Origin: Salinispira sp.
GTDB taxonomy: Bacteria; Spirochaetota; Spirochaetia; DSM-27196; Salinispiraceae
NCBI GenBank assembly: GCA_965602015.1
Contig: OZ271918.1
Coordinates: 3,744,001 to 3,808,000 of the forward strand
Direction of reading: 5' to 3'
DNA length: 64,000 bases
The notes beneath the pieces are model-generated. The model was not told the DNA's origin and made no database searches. It saw only the letters and a program-made list of their open reading frames with translations. The position numbers and the translations under genes were made by a program. Positions 44,311 through 52,991 of the stretch are shown one piece after another (within the stretch, counting starts at the first letter, position 1; every line of letters begins with the position of its first letter).

Positions 44311-45750
44311 TTGAGGGAAAAGAGTGAGTTCCTGCGAACGAGTCCTGGCTCCCGCCAGAGTGTCCATGGTCCCAATGAAAAAACCCTCTTTGGAAAGTTT
44401 CGCCCGAATGTCCCCGAGGGAAACCTCACAGAACGGGGAGACAGCGCCACAATCACCAGCACTAAAATCACCATCAACCGGACAGGAACCTACCGCCACT
44501 ACAGCTGGGACCTGTTAAACCGCCTGGAAAACGTCGAAGAGCTCGATGAACACGGCAATCTGGTCGTGATAAAAGAATACGGCTATGATGTGAATAACCT
44601 GAGGATATGGGAGAAAAACCGACACGGCCAAATCACCCATTACGTCTTCGACCAAAAGGGCAACAGAATCGAACGGCACACAGAGGAAAGAAGCGAATAC
44701 TACATATTCAGAAACCTCCGCCACATCGCCAAACGGGTGGTTGACCACAGCACCAACACGGAAAAGACCTACTTCTACGGCACAGACCACCTGGGAAGTA
44801 CCGTACTGATGACCGACGAAGACGGCAACGAAGTCTTCTCAGCAGAAACCACCCCCTTCGGCGACTCGGTATCAGAATTAGGACCCATGGCCGACACAGA
44901 ACACCTCATGTACACCGGCAAGGACCTGGATGAAGATACCGGGCTGTACTACTTTAATGCACGGTGGTATGACCCGGGGACCGGGCGGTTTATAAGCGAG
45001 GATCCGGCGAGGTTTGGGTCGAACTGGTACCGGTATGCAGCGAGCAATCCTCTCAAATACTTCGATCCAACCGGACTGAATGAAGTGAGCTGGGGTACAA
45101 CGATCTTCGATGCAGGGGATTATCACACAGATACCCCTGAAAATGAGAAGTATGGAAATCTCGACGAGACAACGACAGAGGTTGCCACCTATGAGGAAAT
45201 TGCTGAGCAGATCAATCACGTCTCAACTGGTATTTCTGCCCAGGAAACGATTGCACAACAGACAGAGAAACTAGCTGAGCTATTACAACAAGATACCAGC
45301 AGCATGACGTTGGATGAATTTCTTGCCTACCAGCAAGAGTTAGAGGATTTGGCGATGGAGCTGCTCCAAGGAATCCAGGATTATGAGGCAGCGGGATATG
45401 AGCTCCAGGATTTGGCAGAAAGCAACCCTAATGGAAATATCAGATTGGACCCATCAGTTACTAAAAGTGCCGATCCATTTGAGACTTGGTGGGATAAATC
45501 GGATGGTGAGCTACTGACTGAAGCCGAGGCTAAAATACAAAAATGGTTCGGTATTTCAGAAATGGGACTTGGTGGTATTGGGGTTTTTACGACAGCATAT
45601 ACCGCTCCAGCATTATATATCATGGCAGATGGAGCTCATCTTCTTAATGAAGCTTTGAACGGCTATAAAGCAACCCCTGGTCTATTAGCAGTAGACTTTA
45701 TGATCCCCTATATAATGCTGAGTGATTATCCTTATACATCTCCATTTTAA
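44311..45750 (+). CDS. Orphan RHS core fragment + C-terminal toxin domain 1 (5'-truncated; rhs homology starts at 44419)
   Basis: TDHLGS, YTGKDLDEDTGLYYFNARWYDP, DP...NWYRYA..NPLKYFDPTG; GC drop after DPTG. Confidence 0.85.
   Translation: MREKSEFLRTSPGSRQSVHGPNEKTLFGKFRPNVPEGNLTERGDSATITSTKITINRTGTYRHYSWDLLNRLENVEELDEHGNLVVIKEYGYDVNNLRIWEKNRHGQITHYVFDQKGNRIERHTEERSEYYIFRNLRHIAKRVVDHSTNTEKTYFYGTDHLGSTVLMTDEDGNEVFSAETTPFGDSVSELGPMADTEHLMYTGKDLDEDTGLYYFNARWYDPGTGRFISEDPARFGSNWYRYAASNPLKYFDPTGLNEVSWGTTIFDAGDYHTDTPENEKYGNLDETTTEVATYEEIAEQINHVSTGISAQETIAQQTEKLAELLQQDTSSMTLDEFLAYQQELEDLAMELLQGIQDYEAAGYELQDLAESNPNGNIRLDPSVTKSADPFETWWDKSDGELLTEAEAKIQKWFGISEMGLGGIGVFTTAYTAPALYIMADGAHLLNEALNGYKATPGLLAVDFMIPYIMLSDYPYTSPF
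44419..45075 (+). repeat. rhs core duplicated at 50009..50665
   Basis: Constant offset of 5590 bp from ggaaacctcacagaacgg to the DPTG codons. Confidence 0.95.
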
Positions 45751-45762
45751 CGAGGAAGCAAA

Positions 45763-45981
45763 ATGAAAAATGTTTTCGTTATTTTTTTACTTTTTTACAT
45801 TGTATTTTTATTTGGAAATAGCATCCGGCACCTTTTAATTGGTTTGGGTAAAATAAAACATCCTATGTTTGATTCTGATGAAAAGCGTAGGTACATCTTC
45901 CGCAAGGGGATTATCGGGCTCTCTGGTGCAGTTCTATTCGGGACATTTATCATATATGTCGTAATTAGGGTTGTTTTCTGA
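45763..45981 (+). CDS. Putative immunity protein (72 aa, two TM helices)
   Basis: AT-rich small ORF directly after RHS-CT1, with GAGGA SD. Confidence 0.7.
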   Translation: MKNVFVIFLLFYIVFLFGNSIRHLLIGLGKIKHPMFDSDEKRRYIFRKGIIGLSGAVLFGTFIIYVVIRVVF

Positions 45982-46009
45982 TTGAATGACTTTGCAGACA
46001 ATAGTTAAA

Positions 46010-46077
46010 CCCATAAGACTGACTTGAGCTGCGCCGGATCCAATCCCGGCGTCAGCTCCAAGTATGCTTCTTATGGG
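46010..46077. repeat. attC-like imperfect palindrome, copy 1
   Basis: cccataag-actga-cttgagctg-cgccgg...ccggcg-T-cagctc-C-aag-tatgctt-cttatggg; second copy at 51612. Confidence 0.6.
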
Positions 46078-46516
46078 GGTTGAGCCGGCAAACGAGTTCT
46101 TTGAAATACGTCAGTCAGTGACGGACCCATCGAAGAGCATCTTGCTCCCGCTGAGCAAGAACTCTTCTGCTGACCGCTGATGCTTGCAGCAGCCTGCAGA
46201 AGAGAAAAACGTCAGACCACAAAACGCTTGAAGTCCACCCGGCTGCCGTTGAAGTTGACCAGGTAGCCCACCCGGATGCCCGAAAGCCTGAGGTAGTTTA
46301 TGAGCTGGGCTTCCATTGTAGCCTCTCAAATTAAATTGATCAAACCAGCATAGAAAATCTCACAAACAGTTAAACAATCTCTCATTCCACTTAGACCGGA
46401 AATTTTATCTGCCGACAAAAAAAGAGCAATGGTGTTGAAGTTTGCCGACTCCCCATTGCTCTTAAAACCTCACCCCCAAAGGGGGCAAATAAACGTTACT
46501 TATTTGTCGGATAGTT

Positions 46517-47014
46517 TTGGAAAAACTTCAAGCGCTTGGGAAACAGTTCCACTGGAAAAAACCTGAATGTTGTCCCGAGTGTGGAAGCATACGGCTATGG
46601 GGGCACGGCTTCGTTCTTCGGCAGTTTGTCGGGTTTGCCCAAGGACTGTGGATGAAGCGGTATCGATGTCCGGACTGCCATGGGGTTCATACCTGTAGGC
46701 CACAGCAGTTCTTGCCGGGGATGCAATATCCTGTTCAAACTCAAATCTCCAGCCTGGAAGCAAAGCTTGCAGGAAAGCCGTTCCTTCAAACTGTGTCGAG
46801 GCAGATCCAGCAGCATTGGTGGAAGACATTTCTCAACCACTGCCGCCGTAGCGGCAACTGGACTGCCCCACATTCGGTTTTCCTCCGCAGGCAGAGCGAT
46901 GATCAAATACCAGTAACAACCAGGCGAATATACCGTGAGATCTGGTCAGAAGCCTGCGTACCCTACCTGCCTTTTGCGCTGACAGTGAAACCGCGTCCAT
47001 TTAGCCTTGAGTGA
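46517..47014 (+). CDS. IS accessory Zn-finger protein (DUF6431-like)
   Basis: CPECGS..LWGHG...KRYRCPDC..VHT..P..FLP; TTG start uncertain. Confidence 0.7.
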   Translation: MEKLQALGKQFHWKKPECCPECGSIRLWGHGFVLRQFVGFAQGLWMKRYRCPDCHGVHTCRPQQFLPGMQYPVQTQISSLEAKLAGKPFLQTVSRQIQQHWWKTFLNHCRRSGNWTAPHSVFLRRQSDDQIPVTTRRIYREIWSEACVPYLPFALTVKPRPFSLE

Positions 47015-47043
47015 GAAAACGTATCACTCTCAAGGAGGAGAAA

Positions 47044-48327
47044 ATGGACAGAGAAAAGAAAGAAAAGATCGCAGTATTCCGCTTCGGGGTCATCTTTCCG
47101 CTTGTGGAGAAAGACCTACACCAGTATTGGGGAGAGAAAGAGCGAATCCTGCGGGAGCTGGTCAGCAAGGAATGGGAGATTCCCTTTTCAAACCGAAACT
47201 ACATCAGCAAGGCCACCATCCTGACCTGGGTAAAGCGCTACGAAGATGGCGGGCGGAAGATTGAAGCCTTGTTTCCTGAGAATCGCGGCGACAAGGGCCG
47301 GATGAGAAGCATTTCCGATGAACAAATCGATGCGCTCATGCTGCTTCGAAAAGAGCATCCAAAACTCTCCACCCCGCGTCTGGTTGAAATTGCTCAAGGA
47401 AACGGCGTCTTTCCGTCCGGAAAAGAGGTCTCCATGGCCAGCATTTACCGGCTCATGAAGATCCGCAAAGCCCAACGGGTCAAAGTCGAGTCTGACATGA
47501 GGAAGTTCGAGGTACAATTGCCCAACGACCTGTGGCAGTCAGACTGCATGCACGGTCCGAAAGTTCTGCATGGCGGGAAACTGAGAAAGACCTATCTGTT
47601 TGCAATCATTGACGACCATTCAAGGCTCATTACCCATGGCCAGTTCTACCTGGCTGAAACACTGGAAAATTACCTGGACTGCTTATGGACGGCGTTACGC
47701 AAGCGGGGAGTTCCCCGAAAGCTCTATGTCGATAACGGGGCATCATTTAAGGCGCACAGGCTCCAGTTGGGATGTGCTTCGCTGGAAATCGGGCTGCGCT
47801 ATGCACGGCCGTACCGACCCCAGGGAAAGGGCAAGATTGAACGGTTCTTTCGTACCGTACGTAGCCAGTTTATCCCCGAGCTGCCTGATGAACTTCCTCT
47901 GGATGAGATCAACCGGCTGTTTCACCACTACATTGAAAACGGTTATCACCAGAGGATCCATGGCGGTACGGGGCAGAAGCCCCTGGAGCGTTACCTGCAG
48001 GATGCCCATGCCTTGCGAAAAGCGCCGGAGAACTTGCCTGAATACTTTCGAAAACGCGAGGAGCGAACGGTAAACAACGACCGGACGGTGAAACTCGATG
48101 GCCGTTTGTATGAAGCCCCTGCGGGATTGGTTGGCATGAAAGTCGTCCTGCGTTTTGAGAATTACGACCGGATTGAAGTCTTTCTCGAGAATCAGTCAAA
48201 GGGATTCTTAAGGGATCTGGATCAGGGAGTGAACAGCCGCATTAAGCGGGACGGCACGGGTCCGGTCATGCCGTCGGCTTCGGGGGGAGCTCTTTTTGAA
48301 AAGCTGGGCTCAAAGGCAGGTAGCTAA
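47044..48327 (+). CDS. DDE integrase/transposase with Mu-transposase C-terminal-like domain
   Basis: LWQSD, IIDDHSR, LYVDNG, KGKIERFF; AGGAGG SD. Confidence 0.93.
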   Translation: MDREKKEKIAVFRFGVIFPLVEKDLHQYWGEKERILRELVSKEWEIPFSNRNYISKATILTWVKRYEDGGRKIEALFPENRGDKGRMRSISDEQIDALMLLRKEHPKLSTPRLVEIAQGNGVFPSGKEVSMASIYRLMKIRKAQRVKVESDMRKFEVQLPNDLWQSDCMHGPKVLHGGKLRKTYLFAIIDDHSRLITHGQFYLAETLENYLDCLWTALRKRGVPRKLYVDNGASFKAHRLQLGCASLEIGLRYARPYRPQGKGKIERFFRTVRSQFIPELPDELPLDEINRLFHHYIENGYHQRIHGGTGQKPLERYLQDAHALRKAPENLPEYFRKREERTVNNDRTVKLDGRLYEAPAGLVGMKVVLRFENYDRIEVFLENQSKGFLRDLDQGVNSRIKRDGTGPVMPSASGGALFEKLGSKAGS

Positions 48328-49133
48328 TGGATACGCTGCGCCACCACTTTGGATTCCGGCACAACCCGTTCCCGCAGAATGTAGCGGTAAAGGACCTGTA
48401 CCCCTTACCGGCATTGGAACCCCTGCGGCAGCGGGTGTTCTTTGCCCTGGAGCAGAAAGCCATTGCCGTCATCACCGGAGATGTGGGGTCGGGAAAGTCT
48501 ACGTCATTGCGCTATGTCTCAAGCAAATGCCATTCGAGTGAGTATGAACTGATTACCATTGTCGGCGGGAACTTCTCACCCATGGAACTGTACCGGCAGA
48601 TCCTGCTCACTTTCGGCATGAGCTATATGTCGTTCCAGGTATCGATCATGATCTCGAAGATCCGGGAGCTTATTCTGGAAATTGCATCCCGCAATGTCAT
48701 CCCGGTGCTGGTAATCGATGAGGCTCATCTGCTGAAACGGTCAGTGTTTACCCAGCTGCATACCCTTGCTCAGTTTGAATTCGATTCCAAACCGGTCATG
48801 CCGATGATTCTCTGCGGTCAGGATTTCCTGCTCGATCATCTGATGGCTAACTCAGTTCGGCCTCTGGCGTCCCGGGTGCTGGGCAAGAATCATCTGGAGT
48901 CTATTAAGAAGGAGGTGATGGAAGATTACCTGAATCATCACATCACCCTGGCCGGGGGAACAAAGAAAGCATTCAGTGATGAGGCGATCTTTGCCATTCA
49001 TCAGGGATCCGGTGGTCTCTTGCGGAAAGCCAACTCCCTGGCGAAAACGGCTCTCCTTGCCTGCGCCGGAGATGGTGGACAGACTGTTTCTGCAGAACAC
49101 GTCCGGGTCGCTTCCACCGAGATTTTTATGTAA
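48327..49133 (+). CDS. ExeA-like AAA ATPase (transposition helper)
   Basis: FGFRHNPF, Walker A GDVGSGKS, Walker B VIDEAH. Confidence 0.92.
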   Translation: MDTLRHHFGFRHNPFPQNVAVKDLYPLPALEPLRQRVFFALEQKAIAVITGDVGSGKSTSLRYVSSKCHSSEYELITIVGGNFSPMELYRQILLTFGMSYMSFQVSIMISKIRELILEIASRNVIPVLVIDEAHLLKRSVFTQLHTLAQFEFDSKPVMPMILCGQDFLLDHLMANSVRPLASRVLGKNHLESIKKEVMEDYLNHHITLAGGTKKAFSDEAIFAIHQGSGGLLRKANSLAKTALLACAGDGGQTVSAEHVRVASTEIFM

Positions 49134-49852
49134 ATGCTGCCCCTGCCGCGAATGCGGCAGGGGGTACCCTTCGTCAGTTTTACTTGTAAAATTGTTTGTC
49201 TGTACGTGCGAGGGTTAGGCTAATTTAATGTGCGAAGCTACACCATAACAGCCGTGAGCTTTGAAACGCTCTTGAGCTCGAGAATGACCTTGCCCTCGAC
49301 CACCAGGTCGGCAATGTATGCTCCGGCAAGCTCCCCTTTGTAATACACCGGATAGACCTTCTGCTGTTCCACAGTGAGATTTAACCTCCGGCACTCAATA
49401 ACCAGAGCCCCCTCGTACGCGCTTTCCAAAAGCCCGGGACCCAGGATGTTGTGCACCGAATACAACGCTCCCACCACCGTGTAGGACAGTTCCTTGAAAA
49501 GATACTCAGCCATGCTGACCTCCTTTTTTCAGGAGGCAGTCTCGAAGCGACGAGTGGTCAACGCCCCTGAGCGAAGCGCGGCTTGACCGCGAGGAGCGGA
49601 GAGATACACTTGAGAAAACCGGAGGAAGCCAGACAGCATAGCCCAAGGCATAGGGAAGAAGGCGCGAATCCTCGCGCCCCATTCATTTCTTTCTTTCAAC
49701 ATACCGTCAGCAGAAAAATCCCTTTTGCAAAACCGCCCCGGTCACCAAACCAAATCCGTGATTATTGGTGCTGATACGTGGTAGACCCCAACTCCCTGAT
49801 ACGTGGCTTTCTCTCATCCCCCCGACTTTAGAAAATTCTCACCGCCGAACTT

Positions 49853-51202
49853 ATGGGCCGCAACGAGTTCTACAACTACACCCCCGACGGCAACCGCTCC
49901 ATGAGAAACATCCTCGCCGGCAGCATGCAGAGTGAACAATACCAGTACTACCCCAACTCAGACCTGCTCCAATACGACGGAACCTACTACTATGCCTATG
50001 ATGAGAACGGAAACCTCACAGAACGGGGAGACAGCGCCACAATCACCGGCACTAAAATCACCATCAACCGGACAGGAACCTACCGCCACTACAGCTGGGA
50101 CCTGTTAAACCGCCTTGAGACCGTCGAAGAGCTCGATGAACACGGCAATCTGGAAGTAATAAAAGAATACGGCTATGATGTGAATAACCTGAGGATATGG
50201 GAGAAAAACCGACACGGCCAAATCACCCATTACGTCTTCGACCACAAGGGCAACAGAATCGAACGGCACACAGACGAAAAGAGCGAATACTACATCTTCA
50301 GAAATCTCCGCCACATCGCCAAACGGGTGGTAGACCACAGCACAAACACCGAAAAGACCTACTTCTACGGCACAGACCACCTGGGAAGCACCGTGCTGAT
50401 GACAGACGAAGAAGGCAACGAAGTCTTCTCCGGAGAAACCACCCCCTTCGGCGACTCAGTCTCTGAGTCAGGAGCCATGGCCGACACAGAACACCTCATG
50501 TACACCGGCAAGGACCTGGATGAAGATACCGGGCTGTACTACTTTAATGCGCGCTGGTATGACCCAACGGTGGGGAGGTTTATAAGCGAGGATCCGGCGA
50601 GGTTTGGTTCGAACTGGTACCGGTATGCCTCGCATAATCCGTTGAAGTACTCTGATCCGACAGGATTATGGGATTTTAATGCCGCATTAGGATTAGGGGG
50701 GGCTCTACAGATCCACATTGGTAATAATGACGGGAAATTTCAATTTGGGTTTAAAGTAGGCCTAGGCTTAGGTGCGCAAGTAAGTTTTTCTGCTCAAAAT
50801 CGAACTGTCAATCAGGCAGTTGGGACTACGCTATCTGGTTCAGTTGAGGCTGCAACGGAACTGGAAGTGGCTGGACCAGGTGCGGATATATCAATTCAGG
50901 TTTCTGGTGTCTTAGATTCAGATTTTAATATTGAGAATACATCAACCGCAGAAATGTCTTTTTCGGACCCCGCTACTGGGATGACAGGAAGTGTTTCAGT
51001 GGATTCGGATGGCATAATAGAGACTGAATTGGAACCCACTAATCTTTCATTTGGTGCGGGAGCACTTATTTTTGTCGGTTTCGGTGTAGATACCACGGTT
51101 GGAGAGGATTCTCTTCCCAAATCAAATCCTAAAATTGACCCTTCCGCTCCAGTTTTTGAATTCGACGTGAATGAAGATCCATTGGAAGAAGGAAATTTAT
51201 GA
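49853..51202 (+). CDS. Orphan RHS core fragment + C-terminal toxin domain 2
   Basis: YD-type repeats, the same core as copy 1, NPLKYSDPTG, then an unrelated Gly-rich AT-richer tip. Confidence 0.88.
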   Translation: MGRNEFYNYTPDGNRSMRNILAGSMQSEQYQYYPNSDLLQYDGTYYYAYDENGNLTERGDSATITGTKITINRTGTYRHYSWDLLNRLETVEELDEHGNLEVIKEYGYDVNNLRIWEKNRHGQITHYVFDHKGNRIERHTDEKSEYYIFRNLRHIAKRVVDHSTNTEKTYFYGTDHLGSTVLMTDEEGNEVFSGETTPFGDSVSESGAMADTEHLMYTGKDLDEDTGLYYFNARWYDPTVGRFISEDPARFGSNWYRYASHNPLKYSDPTGLWDFNAALGLGGALQIHIGNNDGKFQFGFKVGLGLGAQVSFSAQNRTVNQAVGTTLSGSVEAATELEVAGPGADISIQVSGVLDSDFNIENTSTAEMSFSDPATGMTGSVSVDSDGIIETELEPTNLSFGAGALIFVGFGVDTTVGEDSLPKSNPKIDPSAPVFEFDVNEDPLEEGNL

Positions 51203-51597
51203 AAATTACGAGGAAAAATCTTCGCCTATTAATTATTTTTGTAATTCTTTTAGTTGGTGTTGCGGTTATGCGATTATTCTTTATACAGGTAAAAAGTGAT
51301 TTAGAACCGTACATGACTGAAAACGCTGAAGTTACCGCCTATCTTAAAGATTTTTTTATTATGAATTTTCCAGATGTTGAAATACTAGAGATTGATTTTA
51401 TGGATGAAAAAAGCAAAGTTAATAATCGTCAAAATGTGATTCGCGTGATTTCTGAGTATGGAGTGAAAGCAAAAATCCAAAGTTATTCTTTTTTTGTCGA
51501 ATGGACACAAACTGACCACAACACCAACATAGAAAAAATTCAGGTTCTGAGAGAGAATGAATATATAGAACTATACGTTGATCAAGCATCTCAATAA
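51199..51597 (+). CDS. Putative immunity protein (N-terminal membrane anchor)
   Basis: 4-bp overlap with RHS-CT2; very AT-rich; single TM helix. Confidence 0.7.
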   Translation: MKITRKNLRLLIIFVILLVGVAVMRLFFIQVKSDLEPYMTENAEVTAYLKDFFIMNFPDVEILEIDFMDEKSKVNNRQNVIRVISEYGVKAKIQSYSFFVEWTQTDHNTNIEKIQVLRENEYIELYVDQASQ

Positions 51598-51611
51598 GAG
51601 TTAGGTTTTCA

Positions 51612-52526
51612 CCCCATAAGACCCGACTTGAGCTGCGCCGGATCCAATCCCGGCGTCAACTCCAAGTATGCTTCTTATGGGGGTTGAGCCGGCAAACGAG
51701 TTCTTTGAAATACGTCAGTCAGTGACGGACCCATCGAAGAACATCTTGCTCCCGCTGAGCAAGAACTCTTCTGCTGACCGCTGATGCTTGCAGCAGCCTG
51801 CAGAAGATAAAAACTTCACACTACAAAACGCTTGAAGTCGACCCGGCTGCCGTTGAAGTTTACCAGGTAGCCCACCCGGATGCCCGAAAGCCTGAGGTAG
51901 TTTATGAGCTGGGCTTCCATAACTGGAGTGAGCTTGGAAACACTTTTTAGTTCGAGGATGAGCTTTCCTTCAATTACCAGGTCTGCAATGTACGCCCCGG
52001 CAAGCTCGCCTTTGTAGTACACCGGATACACCTTCTGCTGTTCCACCGCCAGATTCAGCCTGCGACACTCAATAACCAGCGCACCCTCGTACGCGCTTTC
52101 CAAAAGCCCGGGACCCAGGATGTTGTGCACCGAATACAACGCTCCCACCACCGTGTAGGACAGTTCCTTGAAAAGATACTCAGCCATGCTGACCTCCTAT
52201 GGTTGCATAGGCGAGCAGGCAGCTTTGCTGCCGACCAGCCTTTTTTCAGGAGGCAGTCTCGAAGCGACGAGTGGTCAACGCCCCTGAGCGAAACGCGGCT
52301 TGACCGCGAGGAGCGGAGAGATACACTTGAGAAAACCGGAGGAAGCCAGACAGCATAGCCCAAGGCATAGGGAAGAAGGCGAGAATCCTCGCGCCTCATT
52401 CTTTCCTTTCTTACAACATACCATCAGCAGAGAAATCCCTTTTACAAAACTGCCCCGGTCACCAAACCAAATCCGTGAATATTGGTGCTGATACGTGGTA
52501 CACCCCAACTCCCTGATACGTGGCTT
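51612..52526. repeat. ~915-bp repeated unit (attC-like hairpin + GxxExxY + structured leader); other copy 46010..49809 minus the IS
   Basis: Homology starts at cccataag and ends at ctgatacgtggctt in both copies. Confidence 0.93.
51816..52187 (-). CDS. GxxExxY protein (PD-(D/E)XK nuclease-like)
   Basis: LGPGLLESAYE, YIADLVIEGKLILELKSV, QLINYL, GYLVNF; AGGAGG SD. Confidence 0.93.
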   Translation of the reverse strand: MAEYLFKELSYTVVGALYSVHNILGPGLLESAYEGALVIECRRLNLAVEQQKVYPVYYKGELAGAYIADLVIEGKLILELKSVSKLTPVMEAQLINYLRLSGIRVGYLVNFNGSRVDFKRFVV

Positions 52527-52991
52527 ACCAAGCTCATCGCTGCTGACCAAAAATCTACCATCTCGGCCAACACCAATCGGCAATGATCATTGGAGAAGCC
52601 GGAAGCGAATCGGCAAAAAGAATGGCAGGATCAGTGAAAATACAAGTCGGAAATTTTCGCCTCTACAAAATAATTCCATGAGTCCGAATAAAAGCAAGTA
52701 TCTGCTTGCGAGAATACAGAAGTTGATCCGTTTATTAATGACTATAATAAATATCTGCAATCTGCGTTTTTTGTGGTTCATTTTGATCACTGTTCTCTTC
52801 GCATTTGATAGAGTGAATATCTCGATTCGATTTACAGTACACAAGTGTTGTGTATTCAAATTGACGGTATAGTGAATAATGAGATGGCTTATCTTCCCAA
52901 TGATTTAGAGAGCAGAACACAAACCGTCTCCGCTGGGTCGGTAATAGCAAATGACGGCCTGCGTTAAAAATCCAGATCGGTTGAATATCGG

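Larger units (their letters stand above)
46317..49242 (+). mobile_element. 2926-bp three-gene IS (Zn-finger ORF + Mu/IS481-like DDE transposase + AAA ATPase; IS21-like architecture)
   Basis: TGTAGC...GCTACA ends, ~30-bp imperfect TIR (shared attaaatt), 4-bp TSD CCAT at 46313-46316 and 49243-49246. Confidence 0.93.
46212..49513 (-). pseudogene. GxxExxY protein gene interrupted by an IS
   Basis: 5' part 49513-49243 and 3' part 46316-46212 rejoin to match the intact copy at 51816..52187. Confidence 0.92.

Noticed and set aside
44311..44418. Genuine N-terminus of the first RHS ORF
   Set aside because: Not homologous to copy 2; TTG start with unrelated sequence, probably an incidental in-frame fusion at the truncation point.
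46317..49242. Tn7-like/CAST element
   Set aside because: No TniQ/TnsD, TnsA or Cas genes; 4-bp TSD rather than 5 bp.
44419..50665. DGR template/variable repeat pair
   Set aside because: Differences between rhs copies are not adenine-specific, and no reverse transcriptase is in the window.
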